Of a stretch of DNA of 64,000 bases, positions 1 through 12,938 are shown one piece after another. The stretch comes from Paramecium tetraurelia (Eukaryota), in NCBI GenBank assembly GCA_000165425.1, contig CT868027.1, positions 186,001 through 250,000 of the forward strand, read 5' to 3'. Made by a program: the position numbers and the translations under genes. Numbering within the stretch: position 1 is the stretch's first letter; each line of letters opens with the position of its first letter. The notes under the pieces were generated by a model. That model saw nothing but the letters and a program-made list of their open reading frames with translations, was not told the origin of the DNA and searched no databases.

Positions 1-911
1 ATTCATTGGCATATAATAAGCAATCCCAAATTTTGATGTCGCCATCAGATGAAATAGATGCCAAATATGTTTAATCGTTCAAATCAAACAATTACAACTA
101 CTTGATTCTTTTCTAATGAGCCATAAATTTAACTATGATCTTGCTTTATAATTAAGTGTCGACTGTCAATTTTATCATATACACCATTCCATTTGCATCT
201 TGAATAAATCAATTAAGTACCTGAAAGAATGAGTGAGTCCTGATTTAAAATTGAATCCGTTATCTAGGCTGTAAAATCTATAGTGTGGGCTACCTTATTG
301 GTCTCACAATCAACTATATAGCATTTTCTGTCTGATTGAAATAATAAATATTGGATTTCTTCTTCCTTTGAAATGAAATGAATCTTATCAATATCTAAGG
401 TTTTAGAAACAAGTACTAAAATGAAATTTCTTCAATGCAATTCTTTTTAAATTCATCAAATTATAGAGATGCAATTTCTGATCTTTGGTTGCACAAGCTA
501 AGATCTTTCCTGATTCATGAATAGCTATGCATATAACAGGACTTCCACATTGGAATGTATTAAGTATAGCCCATTATTTATTTCTCCATAAATTTACTTT
601 TCCATCTTCAGCCGCTGTGAATAGAAAATTAGTGTGGCCTGCAATCTAAGTTATCGTTCCATTATGCTGCTCTAATAAGGTGACTTCAACTCTCCTTCTG
701 ACATCATACACCTTGATCAACTCCTCAGAACCTCCGATGAACAAATAGCGTCCATTCTGATAGGTTGTTTTGATTAAAGACTCAAATAATAAAGTAAATG
801 TACTGTGGAGGCTGGAAATGAGTAGAGAGTATTATTCGATGAAAATTAATCATCTAAAGAGAAACCTAAAAGTTTGCCATCATATGTCCCCACATTAATA
901 TTAATTTCCAT
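1..911 (-). CDS. WD40 protein, PAK1IP1/Mak11-like (60S biogenesis); 3' end outside window
   Basis: MEININVGTYDGKLLGFSL ... YLFIGGSEELIKVYDVRRRVEVTLLEQHNGTITQIAGHTNFLFTAAEDGK resembles the Mak11/PAK1IP1 N-terminal WD repeats. Confidence 0.75.
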
Positions 912-1443
912 TTTAAATTAATTAATAAATAGAATACAGATTATTTATTCATAATTTATATCTTTTACTATAAGAAGCGAATTTTAGATCTCTAATAAAA
1001 ATAGAGAATCTGAGGATTTACCAAAAAAATAGTTCTACCCTAGAAAACCTATATGAAACCATAGGTGCATAATCACTAAACTAGTTTCCTATTTAAAGTT
1101 AATAAATTTCACAATAGTCAATCCAAATTTTAAGGTTTTATCAACCAATCTTCTATCTTTTAACTTATTTACATTAATATCTTCTTTGATTTCCTATCAA
1201 CTCTAATAAAGTATAGAATTATTTTAATTCTCTCTTTCTGGAATACTTTACTTATCAAAATATGCTGGTATTTCTATTAAATTAAGTATCCTCTATTATT
1301 TTATAATAATTAGTTCTAGATGTATTTGCTTCTTAACCCCATTATGACTATAATGAAAATAGTTAGTTATTTTCTTATAAATATTTGTATATATATAACG
1401 AACACATTCAAATTAATAAAATAAATTTAAATAATTAGTATTG

Positions 1444-2900
1444 ATGGACACTAGATAGTCAGAGCACTCTAGAGGCAAGTCTTAGACTTAAATCAAAATG
1501 CGTAACCCATTCGAACTTCTTATAAGTAATGTTACTTTCAATATATAGAAATAATCAGATTACCAAATGTTTGCAATAAATGTGGACATATTACTAGAAT
1601 GAAAGAAATATCAGATATTCTCGAATAATTTGACACAATGACATCTTAATAAATTGATACTATTAATGAAAAACTAATTCAAAAATCGAACTAAATTTTA
1701 GCTGCGCGTCAACAATTAGTTAAAGACACAAAAAATGAGCTCTAATAATCATTGCAATAACTAATTTAAGTGAGATAGAGTATGGGCTCATCTTTTAATT
1801 TTGAAGACAAAGAAAAGTGTTTAGAGCGTGTTTGTGAGGTAATAATCAATAATACTATTTTTAGGACATATTATGCAATGTCCAAAGAATAGATTGAAAT
1901 ATAGAATTCTCTTTCTGAGCTAAATTCAATAATTTAAGAATAATATCAAAAATTTCATCAATTTCCAAATGAAATCACTGAGATGAACAAATTAGAATAT
2001 CATGACAACCTGGAAATTAGGGAAAGATTAGAAGGTGCTTTAAGGATTAATTAGAGTCATAAAGATATTTTAAAGGAGATCTTGATAAAAATAGGAGAGG
2101 AAAATAAGAGTTACACATTTGATATCTAGTTATAATTTAGACAGTAGCAGTTAGAAATGTTAAATCTTTTACAATGCAATTAAGAATAAATTAAGGAGAT
2201 AGAAAGAATTGAGGATGAATTGAATGATAAGAAATTAGAATTATAAAAATATGCAATATTATTTAGTTAATTTGAGAAGTAAAGATAATTAAATATTTTA
2301 GTCCTTTCAAATCAAATAAAGTAAGCTCTGAAGAAAGTAGTGCTAGCAATTTCTAATCAATTTAGAAGGACATTATTTAGCCACCATCATCAATTCAATA
2401 AAGTCGAAATGTATTTTAAGACATTAAGAACATTTAATCGAAAAGGTTTTCTTAACCATCTATAAATGAAAATAACAATATGTGCACTTTTTAATCAGAA
2501 CAATTCTATTCAATTGATTAATCTCATGGGAATTTGAATCAAGAGTCATCTTAAAAGTCATCATAAAACAATAGCAAATAAATTGAGAATTCAGTTGTGA
2601 TTAATTAGAGATATGGAAATAGCATATCCAATAAATTTAACAATTCCAAAGCTACTAGTTTAATTTCATAAATTAATTCTTAATAAAATAATATTCCTAT
2701 TTAAATAGTTGCTAATTCTACTAAAAAAATTAGAAATTCCATTGACACAAATCCCATGATGTCTTAGGAAAGTTTTGATAATGAAAATGAGAATGAAAAC
2801 GATGAAAATTCCCCAAAAATCACTCCTACTAGCAAAACATTTACTTTCATTAAAGTTCCCCACCCTAAGCCATATAGGGCTAGATAGTTAGGAGCTGTGA
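1444..2900 (+). CDS. Hypothetical coiled-coil protein with N/Q/S-rich C-terminus (3' end approximate)
   Basis: ATG 1444; long table-6 ORF with tiny introns (gtaatgttactttcaatatatag; gtaataatcaataatactatttttag); E/K/Q-rich heptad-like composition. Confidence 0.6.
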
Positions 2901-3023
2901 TTGAAAATTTTATTCTTTTAATTATATTTATGGAAAATTCGTATGATAGATCTCACTAATAAATTTCTTTAATATTAAAATTTCAATTATCTATATAATT
3001 AATCAAAAATTTATTTTTCTATT

Positions 3024-5233
3024 ATGTTTAATTGGAAGGATAAGTACTTAACTAAAGATAAAACATTTTTCATAAATTACGCCAAGTCAACTTATGCCAT
3101 CAGAGTTTCAGACAAGCATGAGGTGTTTATTAAAAAGTTTAATCAGAAAGACAATCCATCTGATTCGAAAGTGTTATCAGAATAGAAGCATCTTTATGAT
3201 TCTGATCAAGATGATATAGTGGTTATGAAGCATCTTTATGAAAATAATCATGATAATATTTTTTATATGTTAATGGAAATGTACAACAGTTAAGGAAGAT
3301 AAATTTACTTATATAGTAATGGAAAAGCTACAGACAATCAATTTAAAATGAATAAACTGAAATAGATAATAAACATGTTTTTGATATCTGAATAAATAAT
3401 GTATTTTCTGAAATAGATAATCAAAGGGTATAGACATCTAATGAATTTTGGAATTTTTCATAGATATTTAGATCCGAAAAATATATATTATGTTGGAAAT
3501 AATAAGGATATTATATATAAAGTAATTATGCTCTAATTCAAATTAGATTGGGGGATTTGGTCATTCTAAATTTTTGGATGATCAGGATTCGTTAGGGGAA
3601 GAGTGTACTAAGCAATAAAATTGGGGTTATTATTAGGCTCCCGAATAATAAGAGATTAAGTATAGTTATAAATCGGACCTATTCTCAGTAATTAACAGCC
3701 TATAACATTTTAGTTAGGATTAATTTTACATGAGATGGCAACAAAATAATAACTTAAATCTAAAAAAGAACTAGAAACAAAGAAATTAGATTTATGCGAT
3801 TTGAATATAGATGATTTTTTAAAAAACTTGTTACTTCAAATGATTGTTTTTAAACCTTAATAAAGGCTTTCATGGTCACAGTTAATTATAAGGATGTTTT
3901 ATAAAAGCATAAAGTTGGAGCACTAAAATGAAATAACAATATCACTGGAAAGAAAATAAAATTGTTTCATTAAGATAATTAAAAAGCCAATAAAAAATTA
4001 TGAGATTTGCCTAGAAGAAAGGGCCAAATCAGAAATGGAGATTAATAGAGTATTACAAAGAAATGAAAATAAAAATATAGTCAAAATATATGACCTGTTG
4101 CATGAACCTGACAGTTCTGAGATCTACATAATCATGGAAAAATGCGAAGGAAGTCTGGCAGACCTTTTAGAAAAAAAAAAATTTAATATTAAAGAGATAT
4201 TAGACTTGGTTTCATAAATAAATGATGGATACGAATTTCTACAACAAGAGAAAATTATGCATAGAGATATTAAGCCAGAAAATATTCTATATAAGACTGT
4301 TGAAAAATAAATCGAATATAAAGTGATTTTTTTTATATCAATAGATTGCTGATTTTGGAATTAGTTGTAAGGCTGAATAAGCCTACTCGAAATGTGGCAC
4401 AACTCCTTATAAAGCTCCAGAAGTAAAAGGAGACTTTTAATATTATAATAAATGCGATATTTATTCGGTTATTATTACAAATATTTTTATAGCTTGGCAT
4501 TCTAATTTGTTATGTTGCCCAAAAAAAATATCCATTTGACCCGAATAAACTTTCTAGTTTTTTTGTTCTATTAAGAGACAAAAAAACAATAGAACATTGT
4601 TATCCAAGTGATACAGTACTAGATGACAAAATTAAATAATTAATTAATAGAATGATAGTTTATGAGGCTAAAGATAGAGTAGCTTGGGGGAGTGATTTGA
4701 AAAATTTGATTCAATAAATTTAAGAACAATTACCAAAGGAACAAGTAATCTTTAAATAAATTAATAATTTTAATCAATTTCCAATTACAACTTAAAATAC
4801 TCCTCTATTAAATAATAATAATAATAATTTTAGGTTTCCAATTTAACCAAAATCAGATATTTGTTTTAGAAATACGGAATTCCCTAGATCTATTTCAACT
4901 GCTGATAGGCCAACTAATTAAATTACTCCAAAAAGCAATTCAGATAACCATTAATATGGTAGCATTATTGGATGCAAAAATTATACTTTATAAAACCAAA
5001 TTCAAGAAAGAGATTAAATCCATAAACACATTTTCATTTGGCAAATTCCTCAACAGAATTAATAAACATAAAATAATTAATTTGTATAAAAACCTTAATT
5101 AATTTAAAACCTACAGGTATAATAAAACTAATAAATGTTAAATAAAAATTATTCAATGATAGACAATCAAGCATAAGTAAATATTCAACAAAAATTATTC
5201 CGTTGGAATTAACCCAAAAAATAATTTCCTTGA
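3024..5233 (+). CDS. Tandem kinase-domain protein: N-terminal pseudokinase, Ser/Thr kinase domain, Q/N-rich tail
   Basis: Domain 1: FHRYLDPKN, IGGFG, QAPE. Domain 2: MHRDIKPEN, IADFG, CGTTPYKAPEV. Ends QPKKQFP-TGA at 5231-5233. Confidence 0.85.
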
Positions 5234-5423
5234 TTAATATAATAGAAAAATATTAATACATAATTAATAAATGTTAATCAATATTCACATTTTGTTATTT
5301 TAATAGTTTATGGTAGAGATTGGGTAAAATATCTTGATTAAAATGAATTTTGATTATTGTTGAGTTATTAAACCTTCATTGATGGATTTTTTATAATCTA
5401 TAAAAAATATTTTTATTAATAAA

Positions 5424-7126
5424 ATGTCTGATAACTAATTAACTGACTTGTTACTATATTATGCTTATGTAGAACAAGAAATAGAAATATTAAGAGAAGT
5501 GTTATGCTCTGAACCTTATTTCCAACCTTATAACTTATTCAAATTTATTGATTGCCTGAAGGATGAACCAAAAGTAATCATTGTAAATAATTTAGGGTTA
5601 TTTAACTGCTTAAGATTTATCTTATTATTTAAGTGATATATAATTTCTATCCAATCTACGAACAAAAACATATATAGAGAATTATAATTAAAATTAAGAT
5701 GGCAAATTAGTTTATTCAGAGTAATAATAAAATACTATGTCAGATTTTTGAGAACAATCCTGCCTATTTCTAATCCAGATTTAAGAGAAAAGATCACATA
5801 GTAAACGCCCTCTGAATCAATAATTATAAGCGAAAGAACTTAATATTTATTTGCAAAGTTAATGGAAGCGTAAAAGTTTTACCAATTATTATAGGGAAAT
5901 AAAACTGACTATACAGGCCGAGAATTACAAATAGTAAATAGATCCTAATTTTTTTGATAAGATTTGTTATTAGAATTACATTTATCATCAAGATCTGCAG
6001 AGTTATTTTAAGCACAAATATATATCTACAAATTCTGCTGAGATATAATAAATCTTCAATAGGATAGATTTACTAAATGATGGAAAGATAGATAGAAATG
6101 AATGGAATTTATGGGTAAGTGCCAGAAAATCTGTTTTATCAATCAATTCGAATTCATACAAATAACAATAGAAGTTTAATAACACAAGATATAGTTCTAC
6201 AAAAAGAAAATAATAAGATTCTACAATGAGCGATCTCTTCGCGATCTCCAAATAAGGATTTTATTAATCTACTAAACCTCCTTTGACTAATTTCTCTTAC
6301 AATACGCCAAAAAAATATTAGAAGCAGAAAACAGATTTAAGAGCCTAAATGCATTATTCATTATTACAGAATAGCAACTCAAAATAAGAACAATCTTATA
6401 AAACCATACCTCATAAACAAATAACAAGATTTTATGATGATGACATTTAAACTTTAAAAAAGTCTTAGTCAGCTGCAAAATTTGAAGCATTGGAACCTGT
6501 TAATTATTATGTTTAGCTCTTTTTGAATTTGATCTAGTTGGTAAAAAAGATTGAACGCCAAAAGATTTTGTTGAGCAATCATGATGATTTTTCATTATAT
6601 TCCTCATTTCAAAAATTGGATAAAGGTTTTAAAGGAATTTTAATAAAGAGTGATTTGAACTCATTTTGCAAATACCCATAATTGATATTGGATCGTTATG
6701 GAAAAGATAATAAGATTAGGTTTTCAGAATATATCAAGATGGTCGAACCAAAAGATCCATAGGCTGTAGAAATACTCTTACAAAAAGATTAGAAACAGAA
6801 GGGAAACATGTTAACGTAAACAGAGTTATCTTTAAGGTTGTTATTCTAATTGATTGAGGAATTTCAATAGAAGATAAACTAAACGAAGGATTATTAAAGC
6901 AAATAATAATTTGACATAAGCGAAATCTTTTATATGTTGGCTTATGATAGACAATATATAACGAATTAAGACGTAAGACTATTAACTTAGATAGATTACT
7001 GATTTCTTACAGGCAAATCAATTTTCAACTGCTTCCCAAGACGTTGATTTATTGATCTATGAATTAGATTTTGACAGCGATGGATATATAAGTTATAGAG
7101 ATTTTGTTAAAATTTTTGGAAAATGA
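5424..7126 (+). CDS. Multi EF-hand calcium-binding protein
   Basis: EF-hand-like motifs RIDLLNDGKIDRNEW, KLDKGFKGILIKSDL, ELDFDSDGYISYRDF; TGA 7124-7126. Confidence 0.8.
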
Positions 7127-7155
7127 TTATAGTATTTTAATTATTCATACTAAAA

Positions 7156-8471
7156 ATGATTGAAGATATGCTGCAAAGTAGAATCCGTAGTCGCCATACT
7201 CAATCTCTCCATACTAAATAACAACAACTTTCTCGTTAATAAGGAAGTTGGAATACTTTGAAAATGCTTTCTGAAAGCCTACAACAGTAGTAATAAAGCC
7301 AGAAATTAAATCAATTGAATTTACAAAGAACTGAGTCTCGTTTTCAAATCATTTAGCCAAAACATATTCAATATATTGGGTTAATCTCTAATTCAATTAA
7401 AACCCTGAATACAAGTGCTTCACCAGGAAAGTATAGTGAATCGCCATTAAAGGGAAGGATTAAATAGAGTCGAATTTTGAAGACTCCACTTCACCATTCT
7501 CGTATAAGCCCTGAAAATAGATTAATTTTTAAATAAAGGCTCAATAAAATCGATGAATCCATCCAATACATACAGGATAGGCATAACCAATTGAACGGAA
7601 TTAATTCCAACAGTTATAAAAAGATGTGTGAAATGATCAATAAAACAGAATACATGAGTGTTGATCAGAGTTAAAACGTCTAGATTCCATTAATAAAATT
7701 GATAAAGCCAGAGCCAACAGAAAACAATGAAAATAGTGCAAATCTAGTATAAAAGCTGGCTACTTCAAGTATGTAATGGAGTGATTCTAAGAAAAAGCAA
7801 AGGTCTAAACTCGAATAGAGTGTGTATTATAAGACAAACAAATGGCAAAAAGCAAAATTCTTAATTTTACAAAACTTTTCATCCCGCCGCAATAGTACCT
7901 TATATTCTAAAAAATACATGATAACTTAATTAAAAATTCCATATTTGAGACACAATTCTAAATAAATGTTCATGGCTTTAAAATAGAAGAACTATCATTA
8001 ATTGCTTAAATATCTATCATTAAATAAATCGTTTATTCATGAAGTTGATAATTCTCTCATGACTCCTTTGCATATATCTTGTTAATAAGGTCTATACGAT
8101 ATCACAAAAATGCTTTTACGGTTCAAGGCTGATGTGAATTCTTTGGACAAAAATAAGAAATCTCCACTTTACTATGCATTATGTAACGGTCATACAGAAG
8201 TAGTGAAAGTATCATTTTTTGGTATTTTAAAAGATGCTCCTCATACATGATGCATTTCCTTATTCTGATACTAATTGCAATTACTCTTAATTCTTTCCCA
8301 ATAAAGTGATGAAAGAATTGTTCAGAGTGGCCAAAAGAGTAACAATATTATTATATCTAGATCTTAACTTTGATGCTGATTTGCCCGAAGAACAAGAGGA
8401 ATAAAATGAAAGAATTTTTGGAAATTAATTTTTTGAATGAATATACTCTCCCCAAAAACTTGCTTGCTTGA
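7156..8471 (+). CDS. Protein with C-terminal ankyrin repeats
   Basis: TPLHISCQQGLYDITKMLLRFKADVNSLDKNKKSPLYYALCNGHTEVVK; TGA 8469-8471. Confidence 0.85.
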
Positions 8472-8526
8472 ATAATATTATTTATAAGCATATCTTTTAG
8501 ATAAGAAAATCAAATTAAATAATATT

Positions 8527-9642
8527 TCAATTTAAATTTAACTTTCTTTGAGCCCAATTTGACAACTTTATAGTATCATCCCATCTGTATATAATAAATA
8601 TTGATACCGAACTTCTTTTGATAAGCAATTCAAAATAATTATTATAATGCAAATGGAATCTTTTTTAAATAAAGTGGCAAGACATGGACCAGCCTTATTA
8701 GTAAATCCAGTTTTGAATCCACAATATCCTTCAAATTCTAACATCTTGTTCGTATTTTCCCAAGTCAATTTTATCAATTTATTCTAAAAAAAGATATACA
8801 AAATTATCTACATTTCTCTAAATAGTCGCTTAATGTTCTTTTTTATTAACTATGTCCATTAGCAAAGGATCATTAATAATTTATTTGCATAGCGTGGCCA
8901 AATCTTCAGCACAGGAATAGGATTGATCATTAGATAGTCCTGAGAATATTGAAGTAGGTTTACCATGTGGATTGTAGAATTAAGTATCATTCATATCAAG
9001 GAGAAGTGCATATTAATTCATCAATGAAATAAAAGGTTAGATTCTGTATTATAAGGCGATATTGGACACTGGGTCTTTGACAAAGGATGATAGATTTTCA
9101 GCAATTACATTGGCGGCATCATTTCCAGATGGTAACATTAATCCATGAAGCAAATCATATAAGGTAATTCTGTCATAGGCACGTAAAAATGCTGAAGTTC
9201 CCGAGATTTAAACAGCCTTAAATGTTAAAATATATACATCATAACTAACGTACATTATCTGATATATATTGATCTTGAGATCTCTAATTAACTAGATGGC
9301 TACGTAACATGTCATTAACTTTGTAAGGGATGCGATTTAAACTCTTTTTTTTGAATTAAAGCTCTCTTAATTATTTAATTGAATTACTGCCAAATTTTGT
9401 CCATCATTACCATTCATTACTATAAAATTCTGGGCTGTCACTAATGGCACTCCATATTTTGAGTGTAAATCTGTTTTTGAGAAACTTATGGATCTCTAAC
9501 CAGAGGCTGGTCTATGACGAGAACCACTGGAGGTTCTGTTTAGACGGTTGCTTTGGCTTGATCCTATGCTTCGAACATGGATCATTGGTTAATCTAAGGC
9601 CTTGCTTGACAGTCTTTAGTTTGGTAGTGGTGGTTTGAACAT
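8527..9642 (-). CDS. D-alanyl-D-alanine carboxypeptidase-like serine peptidase (family S11, DacA/PBP5-like)
   Basis: SxxK (IASLTKLMTC), SxN (GLMLPSGNDAANVIAE), FYNPHGL and KTG (GFKTGFTNKAGPCL) motifs in canonical order; tiny introns present. Confidence 0.9.
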
Positions 9643-9981
9643 AAACTATTTATCTAAATAATTTTAATAATTTGAAATTAAACAAATAAATATTAAATAT
9701 TCATTTCCATTTAACTATTCCTTTATCAAAATCTATAAATAGGTAATAAGGATAGACAACAAATGCAACAAAATAGCATAATAATTTAATCTCTTAAAAT
9801 ATATGAGATGTTAAGAAGTTATTTATATAAGAAAAGTAAAAGAAGGAATGCTCCATTTAAATTGTCTAGGTTGGAATTAATATTCAGACTATAAATTATT
9901 AATGTTATTATCTGCATCTATCTTTAATCATCTTATTTTTTATTTATAAACAAATTTGATAATAATATTAATAAATTGATT

Positions 9982-10974
9982 TCATTAAGTGATCTTCATT
10001 TCAATTGCATTTTAATCATCATCTTAAAATTTATTTTTGTTCATTTCATAAAATATCCAAAAAATGGTTGCAGGTATTGTTGTGAATGAGATCAATTTGA
10101 AAATAGTTAAGAGTAGAACCTTAGAATTTAAGAAATAAATAGAACCGACAGGAATGATGTAGCATTATAATACTCAGTGCATCCACTTGAAGTATCACAT
10201 TTGAGATAAGTAAATAAATCAAAAGCAAATTACATTCCAAATTAGAGTAATCCACAATCTAATTATAATAAAATATACAATGCATTAAAGTTATTTATGT
10301 CATTCTCATGGTCACTTATTTATATTGTAAAGCATGCTATTATACTTAAATGGCCCCAGATCTTGCAACATCCTTTAAATTAACAATTAATAAAAACCAA
10401 TGTATTTTTATATTCCTACATGCCTTCCAATGCCAAGTTTCCCATATAAAATGATCCACAAGCCAAAAATAATCCAAAACCAGAAAGAATTAGATAATCG
10501 ACTTAAACGCAATCATAGCTAGCACATTCATATAATTAATTACTCTAATGCACCTCTATGAAATATTCCAAACCAAACCCATAAAAGTAGGGTGACTACA
10601 AGCAAACCTCGAGCCAGTTACCATACTTGAGGTGTTTATTCTTCGTCAGCTATAACAGAACCCAAAATATTGCAAATCATTATTTACATGGCTATTCCCA
10701 TACATCTGATAGTTGATAATAAAATATCATTATCTTTACGACTAATAGGTTATAACTTGTTACCAAAATACAAAAAATAAACAGTTTGCAGAAGTGTTTG
10801 AGCCAAAGCAGCCGAACACAAATACTTATCAACGTCAACCAAAACTCCACTTTTATCTCTGGTAAGTATTCTGTAGCTAATTATTAAATAAAATAAATAA
10901 AATAAGCTCATTAAGAATTCCACTAACCCTTCAAAACAAACGTATCCATTAGCACAATTAATCAGATTTGCCAT
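9982..10974 (-). CDS. Multi-pass (about 7 TM) membrane protein
   Basis: Several hydrophobic segments (LMSLFYLFYLIISY; LLVVTLLLWVWFGIF; LSGFGLFLACGSFY; LDCGLLQFGMQFAF); multiple tiny introns; TGA at 9984-9982. Confidence 0.7.
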
Positions 10975-11117
10975 GAAATTTATATTTTTAATAAATAAAT
11001 TGAAATTATTCTCAAAACTATTGCCTAGAAAAATTACTGTAGCCTTTTAAATTTCTTTGAGGTTGCTTAAACAAGAAGAAGTAAATTAATTATCTGATGC
11101 GATTTGTTTTAATCAAA

Positions 11118-11410
11118 ATGCAAAAAAAAATACATAAGTTTATGAAATCTGAAAAAAAAGTTTGCTAAGTTTATTAAGTAGCGTATTACAACCTACAAAA
11201 CTATAAGACGAATTCTTTACTGAAGATGATAAAACATTTCATAGATATTTTACCAGTTTAAGATGGTACTTTTGAGGAGAGAAGAGTATTATATTATTTA
11301 ATAAATGTTCCAGAAAGTATTTTAAATGCTGAACAAAGAAAAGTTTATAATTGCTATGAAGTTGAAATTTATTTATTTTGTCATTTATCAAAGGTCAAAC
11401 ATGATTTATG
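11118..11410 (+). CDS. Possible small hypothetical protein (about 97 aa) or gene relic
   Basis: Uninterrupted table-6 ORF MQKKIHKFMKSEK...KVKHDL-TGA; no recognisable motif. Confidence 0.3.
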
Positions 11411-11526
11411 ATCTGATTTTTTTGAATTACTAATTATGAAATTATTTATAGAAATAAAAAAAAAAAAAAGTGTAATTCTATTAAAAAAATTAGGATTTAT
11501 TTTTATTTTCTTTAAATAAATTCTAT

Positions 11527-12938
11527 TCAAATGATGACCTTTGTTTTATTGGTGTCATTAATTTATTTACATTAAATAATCAATTTTGAATGTTTTCAAT
11601 CCTAAAATAAATGAAAGAAACAATAAAATATATATAATATTAGAAAAAGGTGAAGTTAAATTTTATAAAACTTGGAAGCAACAATATTATTCATTAATTC
11701 TTCTCCTAATCATGATTCAGAATTTTAATCTTTCCTACTTACATCTAGGGTTGATGTTAATTTTGAAAATGCATATTATTTGCTTATGGCATTTATTATT
11801 ATTACTATGGTTATATTTATTAATTTTAAGCATTCTAGTTCTATTGATTGTAGAAGAAATTCTATTGATTATTGATAAATTATTGATTTTGCATATTTTA
11901 ATTATAACCAGGAAAAGATTTGTTTTGCATATTTTATTCGTAATTAAGTTAGCCAGAATTAAAGGATTATGTATTACTCGGTTGTTATTGGAAATATTGA
12001 TTGGCACCTTAATTTACTCGTTATTAATCTTGTATTAGTTAGGGTTAGGTATGCATTTAATTGATCGGTTGGTGGGGAACTTGATTACCTACAATTCTAT
12101 TATTAATTAATTGATTTTAGTCGTATTACTAAGGCATCTAATTCTAATTTTTATTATTTATTTATTATTAATAATCTTGTTACTACTATTATATTTTTTA
12201 ATGTTCTTCAGAGGTTTTCTGTTTTAACTCTTTCTCTTTCTCTTATGCCTTTTTCTCTTATGCCTTTTTCTCTTATTCTTTTTTTTCATATTCTTTTTTC
12301 TCTTATTCTTTTTTTTATTTGATCAGTTCATTTTATTTTCTTTTCTACTCGTAATAGCTTCTTTCTTCGTTAATCTTCATTGTGTAATTGGTAGCGTAAT
12401 TCTTATTCTCTTTGATAACTTATTAGTATTCATCTTTATTTAAGCTTAACTGTACAAAGCTTAAATCAACAGGGTAATCTGAATAAGTTGGAATTTCATG
12501 GAATGTTGAAATAACTCTATTAATAATTTAATCCAAAGTCATTGACTTTTTCCAGTATCTAATAGCAATATTATGTCAGGAATACTTTTCACTCCAATCA
12601 GGATGACAATAGACCCCTGTGTTTTGTATAATGTATTGATGCCTGAATTCCTTAGGAAACTCTATCCTAACCGGTGAAATGGGATAATTGTTGTATTTAA
12701 TGACGAAATAGTATAGGGCACCTTTCCATTCTGAAAGATATTTTCCTTCGAAGCCAACCCTGACCTATTTATATTCTTAAAGGTGTTCTATGTCAGTAAA
12801 TGGCACGTATCCATCAAAGTCATCTTCGTCATCATCTTGTTTGGTGTTTTGATCCTAAGATGTTGCTTTATCTTTCCTTCTTTTTAGCTATTCAACCTGA
12901 TTTGCAATTCTCTGATCAATAAAATACTCAAATTGCAT
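11527..12938 (-). CDS. Divergent ubiquitin/SUMO-conjugating (UBC/E2, Ubc9-like) domain protein with charged repeat and Q/N-rich tail (3' end approximate)
   Basis: VGFEGKYLSEWKGALYYFVIKYNNYPISPVRIEFPKEFRHQYIIQNTGVYCHPDWSEKYWKKSMTLDQII after removing the 27-nt intron at 12559-12585. Confidence 0.75.
12228..12320 (-). repeat. Imperfect 15-nt coding tandem repeat (EKKEQ/EKKAQ)
   Basis: Plus-strand units ttttctcttatgcct / ttttctcttattctt repeated about 5 times inside the UBC gene. Confidence 0.8.

Noticed and set aside
11586..12038. 150-aa very hydrophobic plus-strand ORF resembling a membrane protein
   Set aside because: Antisense of the Q/N-rich tail of the UBC gene; TAA/CAA/AAT codons read as Leu/Ile on the opposite strand.
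12576..12578. In-frame TGA shortly after the UBC active-site Cys (selenocysteine or readthrough?)
   Set aside because: It lies inside a canonical 27-nt GTA...TAG intron whose removal restores normal E2 spacing.
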